This document shows positions 27,162 through 36,591 of a DNA stretch of 64,000 bases, in pieces (within the stretch, counting starts at the first letter, position 1; each line of letters opens with the position of its first letter). The DNA comes from an uncultured Solibacteraceae bacterium (GTDB lineage: Bacteria; Acidobacteriota; Terriglobia; Bryobacterales; Bryobacteraceae). Position numbers and translations under genes: made by a program. The notes under the pieces are model-generated. The model saw only the letters and a program-made list of their open reading frames with translations, did not search any database and was not told the origin of the DNA. The stretch is taken from contig CAYLLB010000014.1 in NCBI GenBank assembly GCA_964384215.1, positions 25,943-89,942 of the forward strand, read 5' to 3'.

Positions 27162-28406
27162 TTACCGCAGGGCGACGGCTTCCTCGGCCGATTGCATGCC
27201 TTCCAGTGATGAGACGCGCGAATCCGACAAACGTAACACGAAATAGCCGTCATCGCCGCGGCCTGCCAGCACGGCAGGAGTTTCAGAACTGATTTCCATC
27301 TTCTTCCACTTCTTTTTCAGGATGTGCGCGTAGGAAGCCATGAAGCGCCTGGCGGCCTCCGCGCTGTCCCAATCGGAGGCGTAGGAGAGTACCGTGCCGC
27401 TACGGTCCTTGCGCTCCCAGAGCCGGTAAGCGCCTCCCCGCCAGTGCGCGGCGAGTTCCGGCGCCTCCGCTTGCATCCCGAATTGCCGCAGCAGGATCCG
27501 GTGATCCAGTTCTCCGAAAGTGCCTTCGGTGAGCATCTTGCATTCCTTCGCGCGAGGGGGCTTCGGTACTGGGGGCGCCGTGGGCTCCAGGTGCGAAAAG
27601 TACTTGTCCGGATGCAGGATCTGCTGTGCGGAGGACGGTGGGCGGCTGAAGACTTCGCTGAATCCCTCCTGGCCCAGTTTCTCTAAAACGGCGTGCTGGA
27701 ACAACAGGCCATAGGTGTAAGGGAACAGCATGGTCTCCCGTATGTACAGCGGCGCCGCGTCGAAGACGGGGAACTGGCCGGCGGAAAGTTCCTCCGTGCG
27801 GCGAACCACGTCGACCATCCCTTGGGACCCTTTGAGCGACTGCCCCATCTGCCGCGCCATGTATTCCGACATGAGCCACGCGGCCTGGCCTTCCATTACG
27901 GCCATGCGCGCCAGAGAACTGTCGTCGTTCGTACTGCCTTTGCGGATGTACTTCTCCAGGCGAAAATGTTGGTCGGCCAGCGCGTGCGCCAGTTCGTGCA
28001 CCAGCGCCACCCGCTGCAAATCTCCTGGCGCCGATTCCAGCACGAACAGCTTCTTCTTCCGGAAATCGTAAAATGCGGCTGCCTGCTCCGTGAATAGGTC
28101 GATCGTGTTGCTGGCCAGATCGTAATCCTGAGGGACAAAGCCGAACTTCTTCAGCACCAACTCTTCGGCGCGGATCTCTTCGGGCGACATCTCTTCCTTT
28201 AGACGGTCCCTCAGGAACTTGTTCACCTCCGGCTTCGTGATGGGCGCATACTCCACCTTCTTGAGGAACTTCAGGCCGGTGATACGGGTCAGTTCGGCCG
28301 TGATCTCGTTGATCTGCCCGAACAGGGCGTTGTTCTGATCGTTTTGCGCGCTCGCGGGTGCAAGTGTCGCGGCCAGGGCCATTAGGGGAATCAGGAAGCG
28401 TGACAT
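27162..28406 (-). CDS. Secreted HExxH zinc-metallopeptidase-like protein (gluzincin/MA-like)
   Basis: Signal peptide MSRFLIPLMALAATLAPASA. LVHELAHAL (HExxH) followed by VMEGQAAW, which could supply the third Glu ligand. Confidence 0.6.
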   Translation of the reverse strand: MSRFLIPLMALAATLAPASAQNDQNNALFGQINEITAELTRITGLKFLKKVEYAPITKPEVNKFLRDRLKEEMSPEEIRAEELVLKKFGFVPQDYDLASNTIDLFTEQAAAFYDFRKKKLFVLESAPGDLQRVALVHELAHALADQHFRLEKYIRKGSTNDDSSLARMAVMEGQAAWLMSEYMARQMGQSLKGSQGMVDVVRRTEELSAGQFPVFDAAPLYIRETMLFPYTYGLLFQHAVLEKLGQEGFSEVFSRPPSSAQQILHPDKYFSHLEPTAPPVPKPPRAKECKMLTEGTFGELDHRILLRQFGMQAEAPELAAHWRGGAYRLWERKDRSGTVLSYASDWDSAEAARRFMASYAHILKKKWKKMEISSETPAVLAGRGDDGYFVLRLSDSRVSSLEGMQSAEEAVALR

Positions 28407-28480
28407 GAGTGCCTAAACCTTAACGATAACTGCGCTACAATGTTACTTTCCACTCTAGGAAGAGACTGAGGAGATCCATT

Positions 28481-28612
28481 TTGGCCGACGAGAAAATTTA
28501 CAAAGCGGAATATGTGGGTAGCGGGACATTCATCATTTCCAAGCCGAAGCGCAACCGCCGCAAGGCAAGGCAGGCGCGTGTCCGCTGCCCGCAGCGCGGC
28601 GCCCGCAAGTAG
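28481..28612 (+). CDS. Candidate 43-aa small basic protein (unannotated, TTG start)
   Basis: GAGGAG lies 7 nt upstream of the TTG at 28481. Translation (M)ADEKIYKAEYVGSGTFIISKPKRNRRKARQARVRCPQRGARK, stop at 28610..28612. Third-position GC is high like the neighbouring genes. TACAAT lies upstream. It sits in the AT-richer gap divergent from the peptidase gene. I recognise no homology. Confidence 0.3.
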   Translation: MADEKIYKAEYVGSGTFIISKPKRNRRKARQARVRCPQRGARK

Positions 28613-28630
28613 CCCCATCGTCAGCAGCAA

Positions 28631-28653
28631 GCCGCCATCGTTCCGGTGGCGGC
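28631..28653. terminator. Hairpin between the convergent small ORF and kdpE (possible bidirectional terminator)
   Basis: GCCGCCA-tcgttccgg-TGGCGGC (7-bp stem). It lies 18 nt after the small-ORF stop and 4 nt from the kdpE stop. There is no clear U-tract on either strand. Confidence 0.3.
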
Positions 28654-28657
28654 CCCA

Positions 28658-29359
28658 TCACTCGGCCAAGAGGCGGTAGCCGACGCCTGGTTCGGTCAGA
28701 AGGCGGCGAGGGCGCGCCGGTTCCGATTCCAACTTGCGACGCAATTGGGCCATGTATACGCGCAGGTACTGAGCCTCTTCGGTGTGATTGGGACCCCAGA
28801 CTTCCGACAATAATTGACGCTGGGTGAGTACTTTGCCTGCATGACGGATCAACGTCTGCAGCAGCCGGTACTCAATGGGCGTCAAGTGTACTTCCTTCCC
28901 TTGCACGAGAACCAGGCGCTTGTCCAGGTCCACTTCGATCTCTCCCGTGCGAAACACTGTCCCGGTCGCCTGGTCTCCGGCCGGTGCGGAGCGCCGCAAC
29001 GCGGCACGGATGCGAGCCAACAGTTCGCCTACCGCAAACGGTTTGCTAACGTAGTCATCCGCCCCTTCGTCGAGCGCCTGGATCTTATCCTTCTCCTGTC
29101 CGCGAGCGGAGAGAACCACGATGGGCACCCGGCTCCATCCCCTGATGTTCCGGATTACTTCCAATCCATCACGGTCGGGCAAACCAAGATCGAGCAGCAC
29201 TAGATCCGGCTGTCTTGCTGCGGTCTGCGCGAGCCCCTCTTGCGCTGTCAGGGCTTCGTGGTACCGGTACTGCTCTGCTATCAGCGCGGCACGGAGGAAC
29301 CGGCGGATCTGCGCGTCATCCTCGATCACCAGAATTTCGGGCCGAACCGGGTCGCTCAT
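28658..29359 (-). CDS. kdpE: OmpR-family response regulator KdpE
   Basis: Receiver domain (ILVIEDD, DLVLLDLGLPD) plus a winged-helix C-terminus (GVGYRL). The start overlaps the kdpD stop. Lies directly downstream of kdpD. Confidence 0.9.
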   Translation of the reverse strand: MSDPVRPEILVIEDDAQIRRFLRAALIAEQYRYHEALTAQEGLAQTAARQPDLVLLDLGLPDRDGLEVIRNIRGWSRVPIVVLSARGQEKDKIQALDEGADDYVSKPFAVGELLARIRAALRRSAPAGDQATGTVFRTGEIEVDLDKRLVLVQGKEVHLTPIEYRLLQTLIRHAGKVLTQRQLLSEVWGPNHTEEAQYLRVYMAQLRRKLESEPARPRRLLTEPGVGYRLLAE

Positions 29360-32052
29360 TGCGCCTCCGCTTCAAGGGCCGGGTCCGCCGCCGGCGGTGT
29401 GCCGCCAATGGGGATGCGCAGCCGCATGACAGCTCCGCCGCCCTCTCGATTTGCGGCTTCGATGGTGCCTGCGTGCGCCGTCACGATTGCCTGGCAAATC
29501 GCCAGCCCAAGTCCCGCTCCGCGGACGCCTTCGGCCTTACCACGATAGAACTTCTCGAAGACACGGGTTTGTTCACCTTCGGCGAAACCTGGTCCGCGGT
29601 CCATCACCTCGACCACGACTTCGGCTCGTTCCGGACGGGCCTCGATCTCGATGGGAGAGCCCGCAGGTGTGTACTTCGCCGCGTTTTCCAGAAGATTGAT
29701 GAACACCTGTTCGAGCAGTACGTCATCCACGGCGACCAAGGGCAAGTCCGCGGGCAGCCGTGTTTCAACCGGCCGGCCGCGAAACGAGCGCTCCACGCGG
29801 TTCAGGGCCGCTCCGATTATTTCCTCCAGCGGATGCCACTCGCGCCGCACTTCCACCGAGCCGGATTCCAGTCGCGTCATTTCCAGCAGGTTGTTGACCA
29901 GGCAGTTCAGGCGCTCTGCCTCGTCGGCTATGCTCTCCAGCAAGTCTTGCCGCGTGGCCGCGTCGAGGTGCTCGCCTTGAGATAACAGACTCGTCGCGGC
30001 GCCCGTGATGGAGGCCATCGGCGTGCGCAGATCGTGTGATACCGCGCTCAACAGGCTGCTACGCATCTGCTCGGTCTTGATGCGAACTTCAGCCTCGCGA
30101 GCCTTGGCGGCCGCCGCCGCCCGCTCCATGGCCGCGGCGGTTTGGCTGGCGAAGATCTCCAACAAGTAACGCTGTTCCGGGGAGGCCGCGATCTTCTCTG
30201 TGCCGTCGAGCACCGCCATGACCCCCACCACCCGCTGGGATACCTTCAGCGGTACGTAGAGTGCCGACGCGCCCGGAAGTGTGTCCATCCCCCGGCCGGC
30301 GCTCTGGCCATGATCGAACACCCATTGTGCGATGGCTTCCTCGCTCATCGGGATTGGAAGCCGGTCCGTCGTGCGGCGCCTGAACGAGATGCGGCCGTCC
30401 TCGGGAAGGAAGATGACCACCTCGGCGCCGAAGACTTCCTTCGTGATTCCGGTCGCGATGCGGGCTGCTTCAAAGGCCCGGGACTCGCCCGACAACTCCT
30501 TGGTGAGCCGGTAGAGTGCCTGTGTACGCGCCGCGCGATCCGTTGCATATTCGGTTTGCAGGCGAATCCGTACCGTCAGGCTGGCGACGATCATGCTTAC
30601 CGTCAACATTCCCGCGAACGTCACCAGGTACTCGTAGTCGGAAACCACGAAAGTGAGGTACGGGGGAATACAGAAGAAATCGAACGCCGCCACACTCAGC
30701 ACCGATGAGAAGAACGCCACCCGCCGGCTGGTTCGCATGGCCACGGCCACGACGCCGAGCAGATAGATCATGACCAGATTGGTGGGCGTGAGGATGGAGC
30801 GCAACGCGGTCGAGAATGCCGTGCAAAGCGCCACAATCGCGGCGGCAAGGGCATACTCTTTCCATCCGGGGGATTGTCCCCGCGTCGCGCCCAAAGCCAT
30901 CAATGGTGCGCTCACGTCGCCGCTTATGGCGTAAATCTCGATGTCGCCGCTGCCTTCGATCAACTTGTCGAGAATAGAGCCGTGCAGGATGCGCTTCCAC
31001 AACGGCCCGGCCTGCTTGCCGATGACGATCTTCGAGACGTTCTTTGCGCGGGCGTAACGCAGCACCGCTTCAGCCACCTGGGACCCTTGGAGCGTCACGG
31101 TCTCAGCGCCTAATTGCTCGGCCAGCCGCAGGGCAGCCAGTACCCGGTCCCGCACTTCCTGGGGCAGGGAGGCATAATCCGGCGTTTCAACGAAAGCTAC
31201 GATCCATTCGGCGTCGAGACGGTCCGCCATGCGCTTAGTGGCGCGGATGAGCCGGGCGGAATAGGGACTTGGCCCGATGCAGACGATCAGACGCTCCGTG
31301 ACAGGCCAGGTGGGCTGAATCGCGTGGCTGTGCCGGTAATCGCGCATCTGTGCGTCAACCCGGTCCGCCGTGCGGCGCAGGGCCATTTCGCGAAGCGCAA
31401 TCAGGTTCCCCTGGCGGAAGAAGTTCTGCATGGCGCGTTGCGCCTGATCCGGAATGTAGACCTTACCCTCCTCCATCCGGTGCAGCAATTCGTTCACGGG
31501 CAGGTCGACCAGTTCGATTTCGTCAGCCTGGTCGAGCACAGAATCGGGGATTGTCTCGCGGACCACCACGCTGGTGATTTGCGTGACCACGTCGTTGAGG
31601 CTGTCGAGGTGCTGGACGTTCAACGTCGTGTAGACGTCGATTCCTGCGTCGACCAGCTCCAGCACATCTTGCCAGCGCTTGACGTGGCGCGAACCCGGCG
31701 CGTTGGTGTGTGCCAGTTCGTCCACCAACAGGAGCGCTGGCCTTCTGGCGAGTGCCGCGTCCAGGTCGAATTCCTCCAGAAGTGTGTTGCGATAGGCCGT
31801 CTGGCGCCGCGGCAGGAGTTCCAAACCTTCGAGCAAAACTTCCGTTTCCTTGCGTCCGTGGGTCGCGACATAGCCGGCCACCACGTCGACGCCGGCTTTC
31901 TTCCTCAATCTCGCGTCCTCCAGCATCGCATAGGTCTTGCCCACGCCGGGCGCGGAACCGAAGAACACCTTCAGCCGCCCTCGCGTTCGCTTGTGGTCTT
32001 CTTCCTTGACGCGAGCCAGTAGTTCGTCGGGATTCGGGCGCTCAGGAACCAT
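29356..32052 (-). CDS. kdpD: Sensor histidine kinase KdpD
   Basis: 898 aa. N-terminal KdpD domain with P-loop GSAPGVGKT, a Usp-like region, four TM helices, an H-box SAVSHDLRTP, and an HATPase domain (GAGLGLAICQAIV). Confidence 0.92.
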   Translation of the reverse strand: MVPERPNPDELLARVKEEDHKRTRGRLKVFFGSAPGVGKTYAMLEDARLRKKAGVDVVAGYVATHGRKETEVLLEGLELLPRRQTAYRNTLLEEFDLDAALARRPALLLVDELAHTNAPGSRHVKRWQDVLELVDAGIDVYTTLNVQHLDSLNDVVTQITSVVVRETIPDSVLDQADEIELVDLPVNELLHRMEEGKVYIPDQAQRAMQNFFRQGNLIALREMALRRTADRVDAQMRDYRHSHAIQPTWPVTERLIVCIGPSPYSARLIRATKRMADRLDAEWIVAFVETPDYASLPQEVRDRVLAALRLAEQLGAETVTLQGSQVAEAVLRYARAKNVSKIVIGKQAGPLWKRILHGSILDKLIEGSGDIEIYAISGDVSAPLMALGATRGQSPGWKEYALAAAIVALCTAFSTALRSILTPTNLVMIYLLGVVAVAMRTSRRVAFFSSVLSVAAFDFFCIPPYLTFVVSDYEYLVTFAGMLTVSMIVASLTVRIRLQTEYATDRAARTQALYRLTKELSGESRAFEAARIATGITKEVFGAEVVIFLPEDGRISFRRRTTDRLPIPMSEEAIAQWVFDHGQSAGRGMDTLPGASALYVPLKVSQRVVGVMAVLDGTEKIAASPEQRYLLEIFASQTAAAMERAAAAAKAREAEVRIKTEQMRSSLLSAVSHDLRTPMASITGAATSLLSQGEHLDAATRQDLLESIADEAERLNCLVNNLLEMTRLESGSVEVRREWHPLEEIIGAALNRVERSFRGRPVETRLPADLPLVAVDDVLLEQVFINLLENAAKYTPAGSPIEIEARPERAEVVVEVMDRGPGFAEGEQTRVFEKFYRGKAEGVRGAGLGLAICQAIVTAHAGTIEAANREGGGAVMRLRIPIGGTPPAADPALEAEAQ

Positions 32053-32053
32053 G

Positions 32054-32698
32054 CTAGAAGCTCTTCGACTCTCCCAGGCTTCCCGCTGCCGTTCCAGTCA
32101 TCAGATTAGCAGCTTGTGGCATTAGCCGATCCAAAGCTTGATTCAAACGAAAAACGTTCACCCTGGGTTCTCCCAGGAAGCCCCATTGCCGCTCTTCGGT
32201 GCATTGCTCGATCAGGTGGTGCACCACGCGTGGATCCAGACCCCGCGTCCGCGCCACGCGCGCCGCCTGATACGCGGCGCCGGCTGGAGAAATGTGCGGG
32301 TCCAGGCCGCTCGCGGAGGCGGTCACCAGGTCGATCGGAATGGGCAGCCGGTTTTCGGGGTCCGCTTTCTGCAGCGCCTTGCGCCGGGCGTCCACCGCTT
32401 TCTTCAAATCCGGATTGAACGGCCCGAAATTCGATCCTATCGACGAGGCAGCGTTGTATGGCCCCGGGGTGGTGGCCGAACGACGCGGCCAGAAGTACTT
32501 CGGATCCTCCGTCCAGCGCCCGATCAAGGCCGACCCGTCGATCCGGCCGCCTTTGTATACCAGACTCCCATTCGCCTGCCAGGGGAACAACGATTGCGCA
32601 ATGCCGGTCATCGCCAGCGGGTAAAGCAGTCCCGTCAGCAAGGTGAACAGCAGCAGCATGCCCGCGGCGGTCCGTATGGTCGTCACATCCACCTCCAT
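32054..32698 (-). CDS. kdpC: K+-transporting ATPase subunit C
   Basis: [27 protein letters not shown] and [16 protein letters not shown] are KdpC signatures. The exact start is uncertain (16-nt overlap with kdpB). Confidence 0.88.
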   Translation of the reverse strand: MEVDVTTIRTAAGMLLLFTLLTGLLYPLAMTGIAQSLFPWQANGSLVYKGGRIDGSALIGRWTEDPKYFWPRRSATTPGPYNAASSIGSNFGPFNPDLKKAVDARRKALQKADPENRLPIPIDLVTASASGLDPHISPAGAAYQAARVARTRGLDPRVVHHLIEQCTEERQWGFLGEPRVNVFRLNQALDRLMPQAANLMTGTAAGSLGESKSF

Positions 32699-34758
32699 CC
32701 GGCGATGATCATGTCGATCACCTTGATGCCGGCAAACGGCAGAACCACTCCTCCCAGCCCATAGATGAGGAGGTTTCGCTTCAGCAACTCCGCGGCGCTC
32801 GCGGGACGGTATTTTATGCCGCGGAGCGCCAGCGGAATCAGCGCGACGATGATCAACGCGTTGAAGATCACGGCCGACAAGATCGCGCTCTCCGGCGTCG
32901 CCAGATGCATTACGTTGAGCGCCTTCAGTTCGGGATACGTTGTGGCGAAGACAGCCGGGATGATGGCGAAGTACTTGGCCACGTCATTGGCGACCGAAAA
33001 CGTCGTGAGAGCGCCGCGAGTCATGAGCATCTGTTTGCCGATCTCGACGATTTCGAGGAGTTTGGTGGGATTCGAATCCAGATCCACCATGTTGCCGGCT
33101 TCCTTCGCCGCCTGCGTGCCGGTGTTCATCGCCACGGCGACGTCGGCCTGCGCGAGGGCCGGAGCGTCATTGGTACCGTCGCCGGTCATGGCAACCAGGT
33201 GCCCCTCGGCCTGCCGTTCCCGGATCAATGCGAGTTTGCGCTCGGGTGTGGCTTCCGCCAAGTAGGTGTCCACGCCCGCCTCGGCGGCGATGGCGGCAGC
33301 GGTCAGCGGGTTGTCTCCCGTGATCATGATGGTTTTGACGCCTGCACGGCGCAGGTCGATGAACCGCTCTTTGATGCCGCCTTTGACGATGTCCTTAAGT
33401 TGGATGACGCCGAGCACTTGCGCGCCTTCCGCTACTACTAAAGGCGTTCCACCTTGCCGGGCCACGGTTTCGACCTGTTGACGAACCTCCGGCGGAAAGT
33501 GACCACCCAGCGAGTTGGCTTGTGCTTCGATAGCATCGGCGGAGCCCTTGCGGATCTTCCTTCCATCCAGGTCCACGCCGCTCATGCGCGTGCGCGCGGT
33601 AAACGGAACGAAGTGGGCGCCCAGGGCATGCAGATCGCGCTCCCGAAACTGGAACTTCTCCTTCGCGAGGACGACCACGCTGCGACCTTCGGGCGTTTCA
33701 TCGGCCAGCGAGGCCAATTGCGCCGCGTCGGCGAGTTGCGTCTCCGTGACCCCGGCGGCCGGCAGGAAGGCCGTCGCCTGCCGGTTACCGAGCGTGATGG
33801 TTCCGGTCTTGTCGAGCAGCAGCACATCCACGTCGCCCGCCGCTTCCACAGCCCGTCCCGACATGGCCAGCACGTTGGCCTGCAACATGCGATCCATGCC
33901 CGCGATACCGATGGCCGATAACAGCGCGCCGATTGTGGTGGGAATCAGGCACACCAGTAGCGCCACCAGCGCCGTAACGCTCACCGGCGTGCCCTTGCCG
34001 GCCTCGCGAACGGCGAAAACCGAAAACGGAGAGAGCGTCACAGTGGCGAGCAAGAACACGATGGTGAGCGCCGCCAGCAGAATGTTCAACGCAATCTCGT
34101 TGGGCGTCTTCTGACGCTTGGCGCCCTCCACCATCGAGATCATGCGCTCCAGAAAGCTCGCGCCCGGTTCTGCCGTCACACGCACCACCAGCCAGTCCGA
34201 GAGCACACGCGTGCCGCCAGTGACGCTCGAACGATCGCCGCCGCTTTCCCGGATCACCGGCGCACTTTCGCCGGTGATGGCGCTCTCGTCCACCGAAGCG
34301 GCGCCTTCGATCACTTCTCCATCCATCGGGATGATGTCTCCCGCTTCCACCAGGACCACATTTCCTTTGCGCAGCGACGCGCCGCCAACTGACCTGTAAA
34401 GCGCTCCATAGCGGGCCTCGTCGAGAAGCTTGGCGGCGACGTCGCGCCTGCTCTTACGCAAGGTCTCGGCTTGGGCCTTGCCGCGGCCTTCGGCCATAGC
34501 CTCGGCGAAGTTGGCGAACAGCACCGTGAACCACAACCAGGCGCTCACGGCGAAAATGAATACAGCCGGCGCCTCGCCGCGGCCTCCCAGCGCCTCGAAG
34601 CCAAGCACGGTCGTCAGCACGCTTCCCACAAGCACGACGAACATCACCGGATTGCGAACCTGATGCCGGGGATCGAGCTTGCGGAACGAATCGACCAGCG
34701 CCTGCCCCAGAATGTGACGTTCGAACAAAGCGCGCGAACGCCGATGCTGCCTGTTCAT
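32683..34758 (-). CDS. kdpB: K+-transporting P-type ATPase subunit B
   Basis: DKTGTIT phosphorylation motif, [26 protein letters not shown]. 691 aa. Confidence 0.95.
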   Translation of the reverse strand: MNRQHRRSRALFERHILGQALVDSFRKLDPRHQVRNPVMFVVLVGSVLTTVLGFEALGGRGEAPAVFIFAVSAWLWFTVLFANFAEAMAEGRGKAQAETLRKSRRDVAAKLLDEARYGALYRSVGGASLRKGNVVLVEAGDIIPMDGEVIEGAASVDESAITGESAPVIRESGGDRSSVTGGTRVLSDWLVVRVTAEPGASFLERMISMVEGAKRQKTPNEIALNILLAALTIVFLLATVTLSPFSVFAVREAGKGTPVSVTALVALLVCLIPTTIGALLSAIGIAGMDRMLQANVLAMSGRAVEAAGDVDVLLLDKTGTITLGNRQATAFLPAAGVTETQLADAAQLASLADETPEGRSVVVLAKEKFQFRERDLHALGAHFVPFTARTRMSGVDLDGRKIRKGSADAIEAQANSLGGHFPPEVRQQVETVARQGGTPLVVAEGAQVLGVIQLKDIVKGGIKERFIDLRRAGVKTIMITGDNPLTAAAIAAEAGVDTYLAEATPERKLALIRERQAEGHLVAMTGDGTNDAPALAQADVAVAMNTGTQAAKEAGNMVDLDSNPTKLLEIVEIGKQMLMTRGALTTFSVANDVAKYFAIIPAVFATTYPELKALNVMHLATPESAILSAVIFNALIIVALIPLALRGIKYRPASAAELLKRNLLIYGLGGVVLPFAGIKVIDMIIAGWRWM

Positions 34759-36389
34759 CGGATAGCCTCCACGATGGGGCCGAGCGCCACGGCCGGAATG
34801 TAAGCCAGCGCACCCACCAACACCACCACGCTGGCAAGCAGCGCTACGAATAAGGGAGTGTGCGTCGGCAACGTGCCCGCGCTCGCCGGGATGATCTTCT
34901 TGCGCGCCAGCGAACCGGCCATGGCCAGCACCGGCAATGCCACTGCGTAACGCGACAGGAGCATGGCGATCGCACCCGTGATGTTCACCAGCGGGGTGTT
35001 CGCGTTATAGCCGGCGAAAGCGCTGCCGTTGTTGTTCCCCATCGATGTGAACGCGTACAGGATTTCACTGAACCCGTGCGCGCCCCGGTTCGCAAGTCCG
35101 GCCAGCGCCGAGGGTGAGATCACGGCGATGGCCGTACCCACCAGCACAGCGAGCGGCGAGACCAGGATGGCGATGGAGGCCATCTTCATCTCGTAGGCTT
35201 CGATTTTCTTGCCGAGATACTCCGGCGTGCGCCCCACCATCAATCCGGCAAGAAAAACGGCGACGATGGCGAAGAGCACCATGCCGTAGAGGCCCGACCC
35301 TACGCCGCCGAACACCACCTCGCTGAGCTGCATCAGGAATAAGGGAACCAGGCCGCCCAAGGGTGTGAACGAGTCGTGCATCGAGTTGACACTGCCGTTG
35401 GAGGCGGCTGTCGTCGCGGCTGCCCACATCGCGGAATTGACGGTTCCGAAGCGTACTTCCTTGCCCTCCATGTTGCCGTTCTCGAAGCCGACCTCCAGCC
35501 ACAAAAGTGGGACGAAGATCACCAGCATGGCGGCGGCCAGCGCCCAGCCCTGCCGCGTGTCGCGCAACATCCGTCCGAACGTGTAGCAGAGCGCAGAGGG
35601 GATGAGCAGGATGGACAACATTTCGAGGAAGTTTGCGAGCGGCGTGGGATTCTCGAACGGGTGCGCCGAGTTCGTGTTGAAGAAACCGCCGCCGTTGGTG
35701 CCAAGTTGCTTGATGGCAACCTGCGACGCCGCCGGACCCATAGGCAACACCTGCCCGCCGGCGTCCACCCGAACGTAATCGTGCGTGTTCTGAATGACGC
35801 CCTGCGACACCAGCGACAGGGCCAGGACGACAGACAATGGCAGCAATATGTAAAGTACGGAGCGTGTAAGGTCGACCCAGAAGTTGCCGATGGCGTTCGC
35901 CATGCGGGAAGCAAGACCGCGCGCCAGCGCCACCATGACGGCCATTCCCGTGGCGGCGGAAACGAAATTCTGGACAGTCAGCCCCAGCATCTGGACGAAG
36001 TACCCCAACGTGGCCTCCCCGCTGTAGTTTTGCCAGTTGGTGTTGGTCACAAAACTCACCGCGATATTGAGTGCGGTGTGCGGCGCGACGGCCGGAAAGC
36101 CGCGCGGATTCCAGGGCAGCGAATTCTGCAGCCGAAGCATCGCATAAACCGCTAGCAAGCCCAGACCGTTGAACCACAGCAGCGATTTGGCGTATTCGCG
36201 CCAGGTCATGGAAGCCTCTGGGCGGACGCCGCAGGTCCGGTAGAGCAGCATTTCTAACGGCCTCAGGATGCGGGCGGCCCACGTTGGACCGCCTTCGTAC
36301 ACATCAGCCATGTAGCGGCCCAGCGGCTTCATGGACGCCAGCAGTACCGCCAGGAATACGCCCATTTGCAGGATCGCGTTGCCCGTCAT
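34755..36389 (-). CDS. kdpA: K+-transporting ATPase subunit A
   Basis: Track ORF 34755..36458 trimmed to the ATG at 36389 ([31 protein letters not shown]), which overlaps the kdpF stop. [18 protein letters not shown] selectivity-filter motif. Confidence 0.92.
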   Translation of the reverse strand: MTGNAILQMGVFLAVLLASMKPLGRYMADVYEGGPTWAARILRPLEMLLYRTCGVRPEASMTWREYAKSLLWFNGLGLLAVYAMLRLQNSLPWNPRGFPAVAPHTALNIAVSFVTNTNWQNYSGEATLGYFVQMLGLTVQNFVSAATGMAVMVALARGLASRMANAIGNFWVDLTRSVLYILLPLSVVLALSLVSQGVIQNTHDYVRVDAGGQVLPMGPAASQVAIKQLGTNGGGFFNTNSAHPFENPTPLANFLEMLSILLIPSALCYTFGRMLRDTRQGWALAAAMLVIFVPLLWLEVGFENGNMEGKEVRFGTVNSAMWAAATTAASNGSVNSMHDSFTPLGGLVPLFLMQLSEVVFGGVGSGLYGMVLFAIVAVFLAGLMVGRTPEYLGKKIEAYEMKMASIAILVSPLAVLVGTAIAVISPSALAGLANRGAHGFSEILYAFTSMGNNNGSAFAGYNANTPLVNITGAIAMLLSRYAVALPVLAMAGSLARKKIIPASAGTLPTHTPLFVALLASVVVLVGALAYIPAVALGPIVEAIR

Positions 36390-36478
36390 GAGAAGATCTC
36401 CGGCTTGAGCAGCGCGACGAAAAGGTAGATCAGCAACCCCGCCGCCAGGACGAGGCAAATCACGTCCATCATATGCAT
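36386..36478 (-). CDS. kdpF: K+-transporting ATPase subunit F (30 aa, below the ORF-track size cutoff)
   Basis: Minus strand atg cat atg atg gac gtg ... translates to [31 protein letters not shown] single TM helix ends in the KdpF-typical ALLxPExF. The stop overlaps the kdpA start (ATGA). The start could be 36478, 36472 or 36469. Confidence 0.75.
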   Translation of the reverse strand: MHMMDVICLVLAAGLLIYLFVALLKPEIFS

Positions 36479-36514
36479 CTACTCCGCGAGCCCAATCGTT
36501 CTTGACCCGCTAAG

Positions 36515-36529
36515 TCGATGCTATCGATG
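36515..36529 (-). promoter_or_regulatory. Direct repeat CATCGA-n3-CATCGA upstream of kdpF (candidate KdpE operator / kdp promoter region)
   Basis: Minus strand reads tttCATCGAtagCATCGActta, 37-52 nt upstream of the kdpF ATG. OmpR-family regulators bind direct repeats. The 9-bp spacing is shorter than the usual 10-11 bp. Confidence 0.2.
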
Positions 36530-36530
36530 A

Positions 36531-36560
36531 AACAATAAGGGCCGAGTTAAAACCCGGCCC
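36531..36560 (-). terminator. Rho-independent terminator after the tandem-ThuA gene
   Basis: Minus strand GGGCCGGG-ttttaa-CTCGGCCC (8-bp stem with one G-U pair) followed by ttattgtttc. It starts 32 nt after the stop at 36592. Confidence 0.7.
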
Positions 36561-36591
36561 GAAACTGCAAAGAAAGTATAAAAACCGCGTT

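Noticed and set aside
28391-28630. 79-aa minus-strand ORF in the peptidase/kdpE gap.
   Set aside because: It has no RBS and a Leu/Ala/Arg-rich product without features. It would overlap the start of the peptidase gene. The plus-strand 43-codon ORF with an RBS is the better, though still weak, candidate.
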